From assembly GCF_052425735.1 (NCBI RefSeq), contig NC_135759.1:31930001-31994000 (forward strand): a DNA stretch of 64,000 bases, in the 5' to 3' direction. Shown here piece by piece: positions 61,058-64,000 of the stretch. The position numbers and the translations under genes were made by a program. The notes under the pieces were generated by a model that was not told the origin of the DNA, made no database searches, and saw only the letters and a program-made list of their open reading frames with translations. Position 1 is the first letter of the stretch. Each line of letters starts with the position of its first letter. The DNA comes from Oculina patagonica. Lineage: Eukaryota.

Positions 61058-61824
61058 AAGTAGTTATCAACCTTTTCACCAAAAACGATTGGAAAAGTGT
61101 CCTATAGGGACACTTCAGGAAAATCATCCAAAATCAGTTCCTGTGAAATGGCCGGTCCCAACAGAACACGACCATAGAACCAACAACTGAGTTGGCTGGG
61201 TTTTTATCTTGATTAAATTCGTAATACCGGACTGTGAATCTACATTTCTATGAATTTCTCATTTTCCGGAACCATGGTGGTCTTACACGTATTGAAATAA
61301 TAATGAAACCTCGTTTTAGGGCACTCATCAAAAAGCCTCAAGACAAACAGTGGCAAGTAAACATTCTTCTTATATTGGTCTCCTTCGTTTAATGACTTTT
61401 ACGATCACAAAGGCATAAACCGCAGTATACCCGCCTCATTATTTACGCTACGCTAATCAACACTAACCGGCGATTTGATTAAAATCACTAAGTTCGCAGT
61501 GTGACTTGGCAATAATTGAAAATAGCCAGCTTGAAAAACATTTCCAGCTAGTCAAAAGCGACAACTTCCACTCATATACTTCGATTTTTTTTAAAAAAAA
61601 TAACATTAAATTTACACATAGTTGCCAATGTTGAATCTTTTCGTATTAACTTCTCGTGCAACTCGTGGTACATGATCCAAAATTCTGCACCGTTCACCAA
61701 ATGCATGATAACAAAAGAAAAGTGACATTGATTAATCTTCAGGTTCCATTTCATTAACTGTAAATAAATAAAGGATGCTGTAACTACAGAACTCGTTGTC
61801 GATTTTGTGCCAAACAACTTCGAA

Positions 61825-62832
61825 ATGGCTGCCATCGCAGGGCATTTTAATTTCTGGAACATGACAAGCGAAGAAGCTTTTAACAAAGTATGGTTGCGCG
61901 TGGACAATGTAAAGGCTGTATACACAACTTTAGCTGTTATCACGATGATAATGTCTCCGATCATCGTCTTTGGAAATTCACTGGTTATTTTATCAGTTTG
62001 GAAAGATCCTCTTAAGAATCTTCGGTCATCGCCTTCAAACTTCATTTTGTTATCCATGGCGGTCGCTGATCTTCTAGTCGGTTTAGTAGTGTGTCCGTTA
62101 ACTGCACATTGGGGTTGGGCCATTTCTCGTCATAAAGATACATCATTTTCACTTTTGTTCGCAGTCGTTTCTTTTTTACTCAACGTTAGTGTTAGTCACA
62201 TGTTCCTGCTGACGGTCGACAGATTCTTCGCTTTGGTGACTCCACTCCAGTATCGAGCTAAAGTTACCAATAAGCGAGTTAGTATTGCAACGGTTACTTG
62301 TTGGATCTATTTTCTACTATTTGGCTGTGTACTTGGCCTGTTGCAAGAATATTATGCCATAGTGGGAACTATCTACAACCTACAAATTCTCTGTTTTCTC
62401 GTGTCTATGATGGTCTTGTATGTCGTTATATTGTGGCGCTTTCACAGACATTCCAAGATGGTAGAACTAAAAGAACAACCAAAAGCCAATCGTCAAATGA
62501 TCCTTCAAAGAGAACGAAGACTCTGGAAGGCCATCACAACTGTTATTTGTGCATTTCTCGTCTGTTTCATGCCGTGGTTTATTATTCAAATAACACTATA
62601 CGTTTGCCTGCCATGTCATCGTAATTTATCGTTTCTGATGATGTCTTTTGTATGTGCAACTGGTTTAACGTACGCAAACTCGGCATTAAATCCATTTTTG
62701 TATGCATGGAGGATTCCCAAATATCGGGATACTTTCAAGTACTTCTTAAAAAAGCGAGCTTACTGCTGTAATGACCAAAACAGACAACCTGTCGATGTCG
62801 GAAGCGATGCATATGTCGAGACAAGGCTATAA
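61825..62832 (+). CDS. Class A orphan GPCR 11, 335 aa
   Basis: ATG 61825; GN, MAVAD, DRF, CFMPW, NPFLY; ends ETRL. Confidence 0.95.
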   Translation: MAAIAGHFNFWNMTSEEAFNKVWLRVDNVKAVYTTLAVITMIMSPIIVFGNSLVILSVWKDPLKNLRSSPSNFILLSMAVADLLVGLVVCPLTAHWGWAISRHKDTSFSLLFAVVSFLLNVSVSHMFLLTVDRFFALVTPLQYRAKVTNKRVSIATVTCWIYFLLFGCVLGLLQEYYAIVGTIYNLQILCFLVSMMVLYVVILWRFHRHSKMVELKEQPKANRQMILQRERRLWKAITTVICAFLVCFMPWFIIQITLYVCLPCHRNLSFLMMSFVCATGLTYANSALNPFLYAWRIPKYRDTFKYFLKKRAYCCNDQNRQPVDVGSDAYVETRL

Positions 62833-63425
62833 TAGTCGAACCATAACTATGTTATGTTACAAAGGAGCAGGAGTATTTTATCATTTCAAGAATTGTTCTT
62901 TTGCAAAAAGTTTGAGATTAGCATACGAATAAAACATCATAAAATTAGTATGCAAGGCAAACAAGTATTCTGGTGCACATGTTCTCTGTCTTTAATGAAA
63001 AGGGGACATAGTGTCCTCTCCGAGGAAGAGAAGAACGTATGGTAAAGGAACAAAAATCTTACATCGGAGTCACTCGGCTTTAAGACTGACGTATCAAAAA
63101 GTAAAGCACTTGGGTACAGATATCAAACAAATGACGATTTGTATTTAACTTTTGGTTTGTAACAAGAATAGTGAAAGGAGCCCCGATGGTCGAAATGTAC
63201 TTTGTCACTTAAAAGCATATATGTTAATACCGAGTCACCGTATGACGTGTAAGTTTATGTTTTGATTGCTAATGAGCTGCCATTATTAGTATTCTACAGA
63301 ATAACAAGAATACTAATTAGATTATACTCCACGCCATAAATTTACATTATTTATTCATGTCATTTATGTATTTAAAGTTAAATTAGTGTAAGACACAAGG
63401 AGGCTTAATTAATACAAACATTTTA

Positions 63426-63820
63426 GGCCCGGGCCAAACGTCGAACTTCACATAAGACGAACTATATTGCAATTTTTGGTCGACCCAAAGCTCGACCGTT
63501 GTGTCAAACATCGAACATAATTCGTCGAACGGACGGTTGAACCAAATTCAGAGCAGCAAGAACGAATATTTCGAGGTTATAAAACATTATCATACAAATT
63601 TTAAAATTATTCATTAAGTTCGTTTCATGAAAAGATTGGCGTTTGTCACACAGTCGATCTTCACGCGTTCTAACCGTCTGAAGCAGACGGATAGAACGTG
63701 TTGCCGGGTCGATCTTAATTCAGTCGAAAGAACTCAACTGAGTCAAACGTCGAGCGTATCATGAACTTAATTTGCTCAGTTTAGTTCGTCTCATGTGAAG
63801 TTCGACGTTTGGCCTGTGCC
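63426..63820. mobile_element. PIF/Harbinger-type MITE (TTA TSD)
   Basis: TTA|GGCCCGGGCCAAACGTCGAACTTCACAT ... ATGTGAAGTTCGACGTTTGGCCTGTGCC|TTA. Confidence 0.85.
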
Positions 63821-64000
63821 TTAGTTTGTTTTACGACTCCTTGCTACTTCTTTTAGCTCCGTTATCTTTAATATTAATTTCGTATTCTTGTATTATATTT
63901 TTATTTTTTTGTGCGGCAAATAAAATTTTTTTTAAAAAGTTTGGTTATTGTATTCTAATAAGGGGTGTTTTATCAGTATAAAGCGCATGCGTGTGACGTA

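Noticed and set aside
26178-62624. Recurring antisense and alternate-frame ORFs over the GPCR genes (e.g. MDNKMKLEGDDRRF..., MLDLF..., MSLSQIF...)
   Set aside because: Shadows of the duplicated GPCR coding sequence; starts and stops vary between paralogs.

Overview
Eukaryotic (metazoan) AT-rich genomic DNA. The repeat landscape and receptor expansion suggest a cnidarian such as a stony coral, but this is inference. Main content: (i) the probable last exon of an unidentified + strand gene (~0.95-1.1 kb); (ii) a spliced, apparently non-coding minus-strand transcript (~5.1-7.3 kb) with an intronic H/ACA snoRNA candidate; (iii) two tandemly duplicated two-exon genes for BK-channel beta-subunit-like (KCNMB/CaKB family) proteins; (iv) a fold-back array of tRNA-like Pol III units; (v) a ~40 kb cluster of single-coding-exon class A GPCR genes. 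The cluster has 11 full-length loci: 5 on minus then 6 on plus; 2 carry homopolymer frameshifts, 1 has a premature stop, and there is also a 3' fragment and an 'empty' locus. The window also holds many MITEs and decayed Tc1/IS630, LINE and Penelope elements. The most notable unexplained items are a candidate small secreted peptide-precursor gene inside the orphan GPCR cluster, a GC-rich virus-like island of three start/stop-overlapping ORFs, a minimal hammerhead ribozyme, the snoRNA-host candidate and the tRNA-like palindrome.
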